Source: Lama glama (Eukaryota). From it: a stretch of DNA of 64,000 bases. The stretch is taken from positions 89,840,001-89,904,000 of the forward strand of contig CM052816.1 in NCBI GenBank assembly GCA_028534125.1. Reading direction: 5' to 3'. A program made the position numbers and the translations under genes. Of the stretch, positions 39,561 through 51,592 are shown piece by piece (position 1 is the stretch's first letter; every line of letters begins with the position of its first letter). The notes below the pieces were generated by a model. The model saw only the letters and a program-made list of their open reading frames with translations, did not search any database and was not told the origin of the DNA.

Positions 39561-42500
39561 GAATAACTCATTGGAGATTTGGAGGATTTGGAGCGTGACT
39601 AAGAAAGTTCAATTTCTGATAGAGCTAATAATGCCTGCTAGATCCAAAATACAAGAAAAATCAGATCCTCTTGGAGATTTTATAATCACCTGATCCAGCG
39701 AAAAAGGAGTGATGCAGGGAAAGAATGAGCATAAAGAAATCTTTGTTCTTATGTTGGATGGCAGTACGTTGAGAACATTCTCGGCTTATGGCTTCTGCTT
39801 TTCCTTGTGGCTTATGAAGCAACAGCATTAAGAAAAATCATGATTAAACAGTGGGATTGTTCCATGTATGTTTGAAATAGCTCATGTGAACACAGGAAGA
39901 GAACGCTGCTTAATGAATGTGGTGAGGCCATTGGCTATTATTACTCTACTATCATTTATGGTTTTTAAAGAAGAGTCTTTGCACAAGTTCATCTCCAATT
40001 TTTGAAAGTTAAATAAGCAGGATTTTTTCCAAGCACAATGCTAAATATGAGGATTCCAGAATCTGTATGTTTTGTTATGAGCCAAGAATTTCCAAGCGAC
40101 ATATATGAGGCACTGCCCTTCAATTCACTTATGAATTAAAAAGAGTTGAACTTGTGAGAGGTGGGAAAATTAGAGACTATTAAATAATCTAATACAATAT
40201 TAGGTTTTATAAGATGCTGCTTGATCCAAGCTGGTATAAGGTCCTGATAACCATGACCTTGTGTTTGTAGTAAGAATCTATGGATGCTCCAGACACTTTA
40301 AACATCACCTTGAAGAAGAGTGCTTGGCACATCATAGATACTAAATGAATTAACTTTGGATTTATTTGTTAAATGAAATGATCTCACATTTGAGCATTGA
40401 TATGATGTTCAAAAAGTGACATTTTAAGAAATGTGTTTTCAGATAGGTCTCCATCATGGATGCTTTCCAGTCTTGTTTATGAAATGTTTCCCCAGGGGAA
40501 AAAAAAATGTAGAAGACACATTAAAGTAATTTTAGTAGTAATAAATTGATTTGATTCAACTGAAAATTTTAGAAGGTTATGATTAGGGATCATTATTTTA
40601 ATTGATTCCATAAAAATTATGAATATATTATACATTTAGTAATCACAAAGTTATGAAAGGAAATTACTCTAGCTAAGCTTATTACTGTATCACCAAGAGG
40701 CAACTTATTAAATCTCATGATAAAGCCAACCATTCCAGGGTTCAGCCATGTCCTTTGGGCTATTCAGTATATTTAATAACATCGGATTTGACAGTAACTC
40801 AAGACTTGCACTTTATTGTTTCAAAGCTACTAGAGATATTCTGATAGATCCTGATCTCCTGAATACAAAATTACTGGAGTTAAATGAGACAGAATTAATA
40901 GCTTCATATAGATTTTAAGCCTCGATACATTTTTCTCAGCTTCTCAACTCAATGTCTTGTATCTCAAATTCCATTATGACAATTACCAAGATATTTGAAA
41001 TCCCTGCTGGCATTCTCATCAAGCCAGGTACACTATATGAGTGACTGAATCAACTTTTTGAGTGCAATAATATATTCACAATGTGTAAATAAATCTCTCT
41101 ATATGTTTTGACTTGTACTGCTCTACTCTGAATGCCAAAGTTTCAAAGTATAGTAAGAGGCAACCAATTTTGGCCAAAACTTGATACAACACCATTTAAT
41201 AATAATTTTTAGAAACACTGTATCTGGAAATAAATGATATTGTAAAAAGCTATATTAGAGGAAAAATCTGTATGTATATTTATATGCATATGCATGCATA
41301 TCTATTAAGTAGCTTAGAAATTTTAGGGGATTGATATAGCACTACAATGTCCACTCTGTTCTAAGTAGCATTAGTGCTTCTGTCTTGCTTTCAGAGTGAC
41401 AAACTCATCACATCACACTCAGTCGGTCCAGAAACCATACAGTGTATACAACATTGTAGGTATAGTATCTCGTGCCTAAGTAATCCTGTCCTTAGCACCT
41501 GCGTGTACGTAAAGGACTAGGCAGAAAGTTTGAGGAAAACCTCAATTCAAGGAAGCCATCAGATTTTATACCAATGCCCTTTAGATATGCACAATCAACC
41601 CCAATTTTCCTAGTTCCTCTGAATTCCATCAATATTCGTTGCTTTTTATTCAATAAACAGCCCTGAGCATGCAGTCCCAGTGCTTGATCTGATACATACA
41701 ACTCAGCCAGATTTCAGGTTATTAGATAAACCATGATATCTTGAATTACATGTTGCATTGAGACTAGAGAAAAGCAAATGTTCAGACACCGCAAAAGGAG
41801 AGGAAATACCATGGGAACCAGCTGTTTACACTTTCCTTCCAATGCTGAACAAAATGATAGGTTGTATGGGAATGACATAAGTGAATAAACAGAAGCCACT
41901 TCAAATGCTTTTCTAAGTATCAGGTGATTATTGAGGACAAATTTAAAATTAGGGTTTTCTATTTTTATATTATGAAATACATTGATACAGTGATCATAGC
42001 ATAATTGTTAAAACACTTTGAAATTTGTATTTAAATGTCGGTTGTGGAGTCAGTTATGTGAATGAACCAATTTGAAATTTATTCCAGTTTACCTCATACC
42101 TAATGAAGTTAGTAACATCCAGTTTGTAAAGAAGACTGACTTTAGCTCTCTTTCCCATTTTCATTTTCCAACTATATTTTTCAGTGAATGCATTTTATAA
42201 GTACTTGATGATTTATAGACATTTAACAACTTAGGTATATAATTGTTGATAGTTCTAACATCTAAAAGAGCATTTTTAGTATAAGCATCAGTATACCTAG
42301 TTTATATATTAAGAAATTGAGTTCATATTGTATAGAGCAAGCAAACCATGAAGTCAATTTACTCCTTTACCTCAAATGTATGGCTCTTTTCATTCAGCTA
42401 TACTGTCTCTTTGAGGAAAAACAGTTTCAAAATTTGGGAGAACAAAGTTCCAATCTTCTAGAACATAAATGATCCCCAGAAAGAAGCAAAATTTAAATTC

Positions 42501-43155
42501 AGAAAACAAAATAAGGATTATATCAAGGGGAGGGGCTGCATATAAGTTTGCTTCGTATGCCCAAAACTGAGCTCAGTGTGGTATGGACATTCAAAGTTAT
42601 TTTTTATCTCGCAAGAAAAATAAATGTATTATAATTCACAAAGTTAAAAAAAGAGAGTGTTTATCCCTGGCCTGAATTGATTCTTATAATAACCCCAACA
42701 AAGGGACGTAGATTCTGATTTTCGAGATGGAGAAAGGGAGCCTAGGCAGTGAGTGACTTCTGCAAGACCAGGATCTTTGTGTTTCTTTTTCTTTCTCTAA
42801 ATTCAACTGTGCTAGTAATTACAGATCCCAATTTAATTCCTCAATAGTTTTTAAAAATGTATACTCTTATGTTAAATAAATAATGTAATAACTTTCAAAA
42901 GAGATATAGTTTGTGTGAGAATACTATGGTTTATGAGACATAATTTTTTAAAAAATATCACCTGCATTTCTGAAATTTGGATGCTTCAATGTTTGATATT
43001 GTGCTTAAGATGAACTCTAGAGGCACAGATGACTGTATAACTCTCATCGTTTTCAAAATGCTATGATATACTTTTATTAAGTGTGATGCACACAGATTGC
43101 CCTAACCTATTATGCAAAGTTATTCCTGAAAGTGCCAACACAGAACTATATAATG

Positions 43156-43311
43156 GCTGTGTAGCACAGGGAACTACATTCAATACCTTTGTTATACCCT
43201 ATAACGAAAAAGAATATGAAAAGGAATATATACACACATAGGTATAAATGAATCCCTATGCTGTACACCTGAAACTAACATTATAAACCAACTCTACTTC
43301 AATTAAAAAAA
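43156..43311 (+). mobile_element. 5'-truncated artiodactyl L1 3' end
   Basis: ctgtgtagcacagggaactacattcaatac...gctgtacacctgaaactaac...cttcaattaaaaaaaa; 12-bp TSD aactatataatg/aactgtataatg (43144-43155, 43312-43323). Confidence 0.92.
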
Positions 43312-45552
43312 AACTGTATAATGTGATTCAAAATGTTCTTGTCCTTATTAATGAATATTTAGTCTAAGTCTTCATTTACAATTGACATTATTTTATTTGT
43401 CACGTGGATTTCTTCCCCATGTAAATTTTCCCAGTGATATGGTGTATGTATTCACTCTTGCAAATTACCTAGATGATCAAGTTCATCTAATGTGTTTAAG
43501 GCTATTTAAAAGAAAGTGAATAAGGCTTGGGTTTCAAACCCTGTGCTAGGATTCCTGATACTCAGTCTCATCAAATTCACTATGAAGAGTCCTATCAGAT
43601 AATGTGCCTCATTATTTCCAAGGTCATTCAGGCTTATCTAACAGGCATGCCACCTGATAGCAGACTAATCGGATATATGAGACTGAAAACAAGAAAAGTG
43701 CTCTATTAGCAGGTGTTTTAGATACAAGGCATTGATCCCAAATGTAAAGCATTTTCCATGTGGAAAGGAAGACATTCTCCCGTGAGCTCTGAAGTTGGTT
43801 AATCACACTAATTAGGTGCCACTTGATGACATTCGTTTATGATCACAATCATGAGCCCTGTCATAAGCAGAATTTTCTCCAGCTCATCAATGAATGTCTG
43901 CGTCCTCACATCTTAGGAGGCTTCATTATTAGGCTTTATTATTACCTTGTATTCTTTCGGTTTGATGAAATACTCCTTCTACAGAAAGAAGACCTTTCAA
44001 GAACACCTATGCTGAAAGCCGTTTTTAAAGTCATTAGCATCTCACAAATTTTTCTTTTCCAAAATAACAATTTGATTTCCCAGGTAGCAGCATATTTTTT
44101 TCCGTCTTCTTTGGTGTTTCCCTTAGACCCGCTGTTCAAATATTATGCTTCCATTAAGGATGATTTCTTAATGATGACAATTAATGTTTATATTTTCCAT
44201 TAGTGATACAGACTTTATGATATGCATCAGATTCACCTGGAGAACTTTTAAAACACACATACAGATGCTTTGCGATCATGTGTATTTCTCATAAGCTCAA
44301 AATGTGAGTAATCTTCCATATAATGGTATGACCTGGTATCTCGCCTGCTTGCTGTTTGCTGAACTCAGAAATTCCACAAATAATCTGTTTTATTCTTATT
44401 ATGTTCTGTGTGCTTGGGACATTTCAGACAGTGATCTGCCCTCAGGGAGCTTAAATTCTAATAGAAAAAAGACATAAAAACAAAACACATAATAAGCAAA
44501 TCATATAAAATATTGCAATAAATGTGATTCTCTCCTTAAGAAAATATATTAAAAATATCAATTTCAAACTTGCAAAAAATTCACTGGCACAGCCACACAT
44601 TCAATTTGTTACAAAGCACTTTGCCTATATTAGACATATGCAAAGTTTATGTATATATGGAATTTGACATCACATTGACAATCTATGTCACAATTTTCAA
44701 GCTTGTAGATATTTTCTGTGCACAAAAGTAATCATAAAAACTTCTACTAAAATTTAGTAATAAAAGAAGTTATCGTGATACCAATGCAAAAATTAAATTA
44801 TTTCTCCTAATATGAAATTTTAAAAAAACTATGCAGAATTGGATTAACCAGTGCTATTCTGAGGTTGCAATCCTGATCTTTCAAAGAGTCATGCAAATAT
44901 GTCATGTTTAATTAATGATCCGACTTTACAGATTGGGAAGTCATTTGCTGTGCTCTAGGGCAATTCTTTAAGACAAGTACCTTTTGAATTTATTTCTCCC
45001 TAGTGTTTTTCAAGCTTAATTAGGAGTTTGAATGCATGGTGAAAGAAAGTATCACGGAGCATATGGAAATTGTGCATAAACCTATCTCCTGGAAGCAAAT
45101 AAAATACTGCAGATTGGAAAGTTTTGTTAAGGTAAACCTCATGCTGAGGGATAGTAAAATGAATTTCAGGAAACGGTAGAGCACCATCAAAAGTAAAAGA
45201 CCTGAGAGCTTTTTTGTGCTCGTGTTCTTCATCAATTCTAAAGTACGGAATACAATGAAAAAGAGAGAGAAGAGACGATGCTCAGATCATGAGAACTTTA
45301 TACCATTCAAAGCAGGTTTCTTTTTTTTTTTTCTTTATGTGCTGAAATAGAAAATCATCCAATATGCTGAACAAGTCTATAGCTTTTAAATTTGAATACT
45401 ATCAAGATCTTCCAGGTGGCTTGCAAAGGTTGGCTAGAGTAGAATGAGGTGGTTCTGAACCTTGCCCACAGCAGCGGAGTCCTATATGGACAGGAGAGAG
45501 AGAGAGAGGTTTCTTTCAGATTTCTCCTTTATGGTGAGATGATGGGAGAGAG

Positions 45553-45720
45553 TAGGGTTCTCACAGTGTGGCCTGCAGATCTTTGTGGGGTCCAGCTGGT
45601 ATTTTCAGGTGCTCTGTGTGGTCAAAACTAGTTCAAAATGCTCTTACTTTGTTCTTTGACTTATGTTATCAGATGAGCTTCCCAGAGGCTGTGTTACGTG
45701 TGCTGACATCATCCCTCCAG
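45553..45720. mobile_element. hAT-Charlie MITE fragment
   Basis: agggttctcacagtgtggcctgcaga...ggtcaaaactagttcaaaat. Confidence 0.5.
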
Positions 45721-45886
45721 CAGGTACTAGAATGGTACTTGGGTATTTTTGTATTGAAAAACTTTCTGTTTTAATATATATTATGGTATCTACCACTCTA
45801 GCATCAATTTGGTTCTCAGTACCCCTTTTTTACATCTTAAAATATGGAGGACCCCAAAATGATTGAGGACAATTGAAATAGAAGAC

Positions 45887-46428
45887 TGTGGTTGCCAGAT
45901 CGATACATACACTGATTAGAAATAAGTATTTTTTCTTCCCTCCATGCCCAACTATCCCATCTTCTGGTAACAAAAACTCTAGCCTGTAGTTTAGATAGGC
46001 ACCCTTCATCCTCTCTTGCCGTAAAGTGAGAGATTTGGCCCTGCAGAGCAGACCAGAGAGCAGCCAATTCCCGGCCACACGATGGTTTGGGTTTGGGATC
46101 CAACTCAGGGTTGGCCTGGCAAAGCTCGGCATCAGAATTTCACTACAGCTGTTGGGGAGGCCTGTGTTCCAGGGCCTGTGAGAAATACATAAGCCTGAAC
46201 AAACAGTCAAAAAGTTTTCTGAAAGACGGAGACATCCTTACTGAGAACAAAGCTAACGAAGAGGAAAGGTCCAGCTGAGAGGTCAAGAGATTAGAACTCA
46301 GCCATCATGGTTTGAACTTCTAAAATCTCGCCATATTCACCAAACCTATAAATGAAAAACTACTGTTTGTTTAAACTATTCTGAGTTGGGTTTGAATTGC
46401 TTGTGAATGAAATAACCCTGACGAATAT
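45887..46428 (+). mobile_element. MLT1J/K-like MaLR LTR
   Basis: cttctggtaacaaaaactc...ttgtttaaactattctgagttgggttt...cttgtgaatgaaataaccctgacgaatata. Confidence 0.75.
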
Positions 46429-47450
46429 AACTTGATTATTTAAATAATTTAGACCTTTTGATCTTTCCTCTTTGAATATACCATGCTCAATGAACTACAT
46501 GCATGTAGACCGATTAACTTCTCAAACTACAATCTATTTGATGTCAGATTATTGTCCTGATTTAAAAAAATGAGTGAACCGAGGCATAGAGTCACATAGT
46601 AAGTCATTTGCTGTGGAACCACATTAAAACATGGGATTTTCTTTCTCTCGAAATCTTGGTTTTATTCACTGACTGAAATTCCTTCCATTTCGTATATTAA
46701 ATTATAGAAAATTAATAAAGCATAAAGCTTTGGGAATCCACCCAAAGCCTCCCTGTTTATGCAGCACTGAGAATATTCTGTGGCAAAGGCCACAGATTCG
46801 ATTCGTTTTCCAAGTTCAGAGCATGGGAGTTTGGTTGATTTCTGCAAGAAAACATCACAGTCAGTATCAAGTAACTTCTGTTTAACACCTAAAGGTGAAT
46901 TATAAATCTGGAAGAGAACTAAAGCAGTCATTTTCTGAGCAGGGAATTTCAAATCATCCCATAAAAATTATTATTAAGTTTTTTTCTTAAAGATACAAAC
47001 ACCTTTTTTTGTCACTGATGAATTATTTTTCATAATAGATACAATCTCAGGGCAGTTTTAGTGCCATTTCCATCTCAATGTATAGAGCAGGAAAACAATG
47101 GCTTATCCTATTTTTTTTTCCTCCCTTAGGGAAGAAAATGACAAGAGTTTCAACCAAGCTTGTCCTGTAAGGAAGAATAATTGGAACCGATTCCAAAAGA
47201 TGCACAGAAATTGTTTCTGTAAGAAGTCACGCAAACTCTCACGTCAGAATATTGCCGACAGTATGCTGGAAACATTCACTCTGCTCCAATGCAGGGCGTT
47301 TCAGGTTTCCAAAAAATTTCCTTGAACATATGCTATAAATCCATGAGGAATTCAGTTATGTTTCAGACGGAAGTGAGGAGGTCAAGGGAGGCAACTGGAC
47401 AGACCATTATTTGAAACTCAAACTCATATGTTTTGTAAACATCTGGAAAA

Positions 47451-47649
47451 ACACAATTACTGTCACAATACTATTCATATTATTGATAGCATTGATCTGG
47501 CAAATGTATTTATTTGTGTTAATTTTAAGAGAATTTCTACTTCTGAGAAATAATGTCAAATGAATAACTTTATAAGATACAAGCATTGGCTTATTTAAGA
47601 AAAGAGCCAAGGGAGGCCAGGGTTAAGATGAGGAAAGTCAGTTGCTCAG
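47451..47649 (+). repeat. Dispersed duplication, copy 1 (partner 51380-51592)
   Basis: 38-bp identical core 47538-47575 = 51470-51507; 18-bp identical block 47628-47645 = 51571-51588. Confidence 0.92.
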
Positions 47650-48799
47650 GGGAATATGTCTCTTCTCTAATGGTGTTAATCAGAAGGAATGAAATCAACT
47701 TTCAAATCTAGAAAAATGTTCTTTTTGGCCTCAGCATTCAGGCGGCCAACCTGCCTCCCAATTACTTCCAATTGAGGCAGTGACATCTGCCTGCCAGAAA
47801 TGTACAAAAACGATCAGATCCCTTTACCTGGGAGTTACTGCAGGACTGTCAGGGTGTAATGGTCATTAAGTAAAGCTGTCCACCTTTCATCCTGTGATCC
47901 AGGATTATGTGTACATTTTAGAAACAAGTGTGCAACTAACTCAGTGTGATTCATGTGTACTGATGGCACTTCTGTTCCTCTAAAACTGCTCAGTTTTGTT
48001 CAAATTCCAAAAGGAAACAAATTCCCTTTGTGTGTGTGTGGGTGGGGGATGAGGGAGGGATGGCAAATTACAGATTCCGCTTGTGTACGTACCATCGTTT
48101 TACATAAATGCCTCTTAAATTAAGTTGATTTCTTTATTTCATTTATTTTAGTGTTTATTTAATGAATACTTGAATGTCTAGTTTTTGCAAGGCATGGCTC
48201 TAGGTCCTATAGCTAGAGCTAAAATTAAAAGAGATAATAATGCTTTTTTTCACAGAGCTAACTAGCTCTTTTCAGCCATACTTATTTTAGAGGTTATGAA
48301 TTCTATTATCCTTAAAGAATTCATTAGAGGAAGAGTGATTATGAAATCTAGATTTTCATCTTCAATTTACCACAAACTTTTGGTTCTCATTATTTCTGCC
48401 AAGTCTATTAACTTTTCTGGAGCCAGAATATACAAAAGTTACTATCAAGCACGATTTTTAATTTAGACTCAGAAGTATTTAAAAAGATTTGGTATTTGTG
48501 TGGAATGCATTCTGTAAGGAGTACCAATTCCCATTGTATGTGATTACTTATATAAAGTGTATTTAAATGAAGGCAATAAATTATTTACCTGCACATAACC
48601 ATTCTTTCTAATATTTCTTGAGTTGAACTGAGAACAAAGTAGTGCTACAAGATGAGTATAATTTGAAAATATTTACAAAGAAAGAACCTTGATAGAAAAA
48701 TAGATCTCAAAGAAGATTAAATATGCAAAACTAACACACATTAACAAAACTCTAACAGAATTATTATGACTAGAGACTGTTTAGGCAAAACGGATTAGA

Positions 48800-49632
48800 C
48801 CAGTGATTCTTAAACTTGATCGTCCTTGAGAAATACCTGAAGAGCTTGCTAAAACCCAGATTGTTGGTCCCACTCCCAAAGTACTGAAATGGAACTTGAT
48901 AATGTGCATTTGTGACAAATTCCTATTGGTCAAGTGCTGTGTCTAGCGCAGCTCGGGACTGTGTCTGAGGACAGGTGACACAAGATTTAAGAAAACAAAG
49001 AGACAGAGTAAAGAGCAAAGATGGGACCAGGGGACTCAAGATCTCATGGATCGAGAGTCCCGAAAGCCTGGTGGACATCATATTTATTAGGAGTATACAG
49101 CTCAGAAAAAAATGTGATCAAAGGCGGGGCTTTAGATATTCAATGCGATAAGCTCAAGTTCTGCTTGCTGTTTAACTGATTAATTTCAGGCCTATCGTTC
49201 CAGGAACACTCGCCCTCCTCGGGGTATGCAAAATTTCTAAATCTACCCTGTTATTGCCTCCGGGACATCTTGAGATAGCAAATATTTCCCTTGGGCTTAA
49301 CCGCATGCTTTCATGCCAGAACAAAGTTCTGTTACTGGATGATCTGGCTTTCCAGGACCCTCCATTGTTTCACCCTAAGGAAATATCTGCCCTCTTCGTG
49401 CCCTTACGGCCAATCTCAGGATTGCTCAGCCCAAGTTTTCTTTAGCATAATACGTGCTATAGATCATCTACTGCGTAAAACATTAAAACAAAGCAAGCAT
49501 GTGCATTTTAAGCAAGCAAATGTAATATAGTATTTTAAGCTCGTGGAAATTTAGGTGCGGCTTGTTTTCCAGCTGTTCCTTTTTCCAGTGTCTTGTTTTC
49601 CAGCAGTCCAGAAATTACACTTTGAGAACTAA
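48800..49632. mobile_element. MER5A split by an LTR (pieces 48800-48934 and 49606-49632)
   Basis: cagtgattcttaaacttg...gcttgctaaaacccagattgttggtcccactccca...tgcattt, resuming as gtccagaaattacactttgagaac. Confidence 0.8.
48935..49605 (-). mobile_element. ERV2 (betaretrovirus-like) solo LTR, 671 bp
   Basis: Terminal inverted repeats tgctg...cagca; 6-bp TSD gtcaag/gtccag; tttatt near 49083 is AATAAA on -; CpG-rich. Confidence 0.8.
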
Positions 49633-49784
49633 TATATATATTAGTCTAGACCAGTGGTTCTAGGATATATAATATATATTCAATTACAGGGCAAAGCCCA
49701 GAGCATGCTAAATCTCAAGTAGGCATTCCAACCGTAAAGCCCTTGCCCAGGTGTAGAACTCTATTGAAAAGTTAGTAGCTGGTC

Positions 49785-50205
49785 ACGAGGGCATTACACT
49801 GAGATGAGTCAGACAAAGAAAGACAAAAACTGTCAAACATATATGTAGAGTCTAAAAAAGCTGAACTCATGGAAACAAAGAGTAGAATGGTGTTTACCAA
49901 GGGCTGGAGCGGGTCGATGATCTGGGGAGATGTTTGTCGAAGTGTACAAACTTTGGAGCTAAAAATATTATAAATTCTGGGGATTGAATGCACAGCATTG
50001 TGAATACAGTCAGAAATACTGTATTACATACTTAAAGTTGCTAAGAGACTGGATCTGAAATGTTCTTACCACAAAAAAGAAATGATAATTATGTGACATG
50101 CTGGAGATATTAGCTAATGCTATGGTGATAATCATTTTGCAAAATGTAAGTGTATCAAATCAGCATGTTGCACACCTAAAACTTGCAAAATGTTTAAAAA
50201 ACAAA
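49785..50205 (+). mobile_element. L1MA9-like 3' end
   Basis: gagtagaatggtgtttacca...aaagttgctaagagactggatctgaaatgttcttaccacaaaaaagaaatgataattatgtga...aagtgtatcaaatcagcatgttg. Confidence 0.88.
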
Positions 50206-50814
50206 ACAGTTGGCTAAAAATTGTACAGTGTAACCTGCCGTGTTTAGAATACTGTAAAGCAATACCTATAAGCCACATAAAGTACAAAGAATATTTTTTA
50301 AAACTCTGAACTTTCAAAGACTGTTTAATCTAGCTGTATTCCTTTTTAATTATGAATATGCAATTGATAACTGTATAATCATTAAATTTTTTCTTAGCAA
50401 AAAAAACTTGAAGATTAAATCCAGTCATAGTAAAGTGGTAAAATAAGTGTTTTGAATGGATTAAAAAAAATGCCAAAGCACCGATGTGAGTCCAGCATGC
50501 ATATAGATCAAAGGAAAGGTTTTCAGCCTTGCAGTGCTTCAGAATCAGCTGAAGTACCTGAGTTTTTCAAAGCTCCCTAGAGAATTTCAATCTGCAGCAA
50601 AAATTGAGAACGGCTGAAAATTCAACATCTCTGGGGATTAGTGCTATCAGAACGTGATATACAGTTAGAGGCTTTTGCAATGTGGAAACAATGGTAAGTC
50701 CAAGAAAAATCATTAAGTTGAAGGAAGAAAAACTATCTGTGAAAGCACCGCCACAGTCGTCTTTTTCAGGTGGCGTTCAGCTCACGGTGTCCAAATACAC
50801 ACACGATGCTTATA

Positions 50815-50990
50815 GGCAGTTCTCAGCCCTGGCTCTCAGACTTGCTTGTGTATTAGATTAATTAGGATTTACCCATGACTGATATCTGTATTTTACCCTC
50901 TGAGTTTCTGAATTAATTATTCTGGGAGACAGCGTAGCATCAGTCACTTAAAGCTCTCCTTAGGTGATGTCTTTACAGCTTTTAAACCAC
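50815..50990. mobile_element. MER5B-like fragment
   Basis: ttctgaattaattattctggga...ttaaagctctccttaggtgat. Confidence 0.55.
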
Positions 50991-51379
50991 AGAATTTGAT
51001 AGCAATGACTATAAAAATTAGCATGCCTTTCAAATAAGTGCTGTTAGGAGAAACAGGTAGACATCTGGTTCTATAATTCAATGCTTACAAGGTGGATTTA
51101 TAATAAATAATCATTTCAGATAAAAATGTTGAGACATTAAAAGTCTTAAAATACAGACTTTTCCTAACTTCTTACACGCGAGAAGGTAATTTGAGCACAA
51201 CAGCTGTAAACATATATATACATATTAATATTTGCAAATTAATAAGTAAGACCTATAAGCTTTAAAACTATAAGATCAAGAAATTTATTTTAAAATTGTT
51301 GAAGAGAGAGGTAAGATTTGCTTTACCATTGACACCCAGGATTCTTTAAACAATCATTTCCCAATAAGATTAAGTCATT

Positions 51380-51592
51380 ACACAATTAATGTAACAACAA
51401 TACTATTTGTATTTATTGATTTCATTGATTCAGCAAATGCATTTATTTGCATTAATTTATGAGAATTTTTACTTCTGAGAAATAATGTCAAATGAATAAC
51501 TTTATAATACATGAGAATTTGATTATTCAGGACTATTTAAGAGAAGATCAAAACAGAGGCCAGAGGTAATATGAGGAAAGTCAGTTGCACAG
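51380..51592 (+). repeat. Dispersed duplication, copy 2 (partner 47451-47649)
   Basis: Same identical blocks as copy 1, with a small extra segment near 51510-51535. Confidence 0.92.

Noticed and set aside
43823..44203. 126-aa plus-strand ORF
   Set aside because: Non-ATG start in the track, F/L/I-rich composition typical of AT-rich non-coding DNA, no recognisable domain.
45830..46210. 126-aa minus-strand ORF
   Set aside because: Lies almost entirely inside an MLT1 LTR; chance ORF.
35401..48627. Casein/SCPP-like gene suggested by 21/33/39-nt exon sizes
   Set aside because: No signal-peptide exon, no Ser-x-Glu clusters, and spacing far wider than expected for those compact genes.
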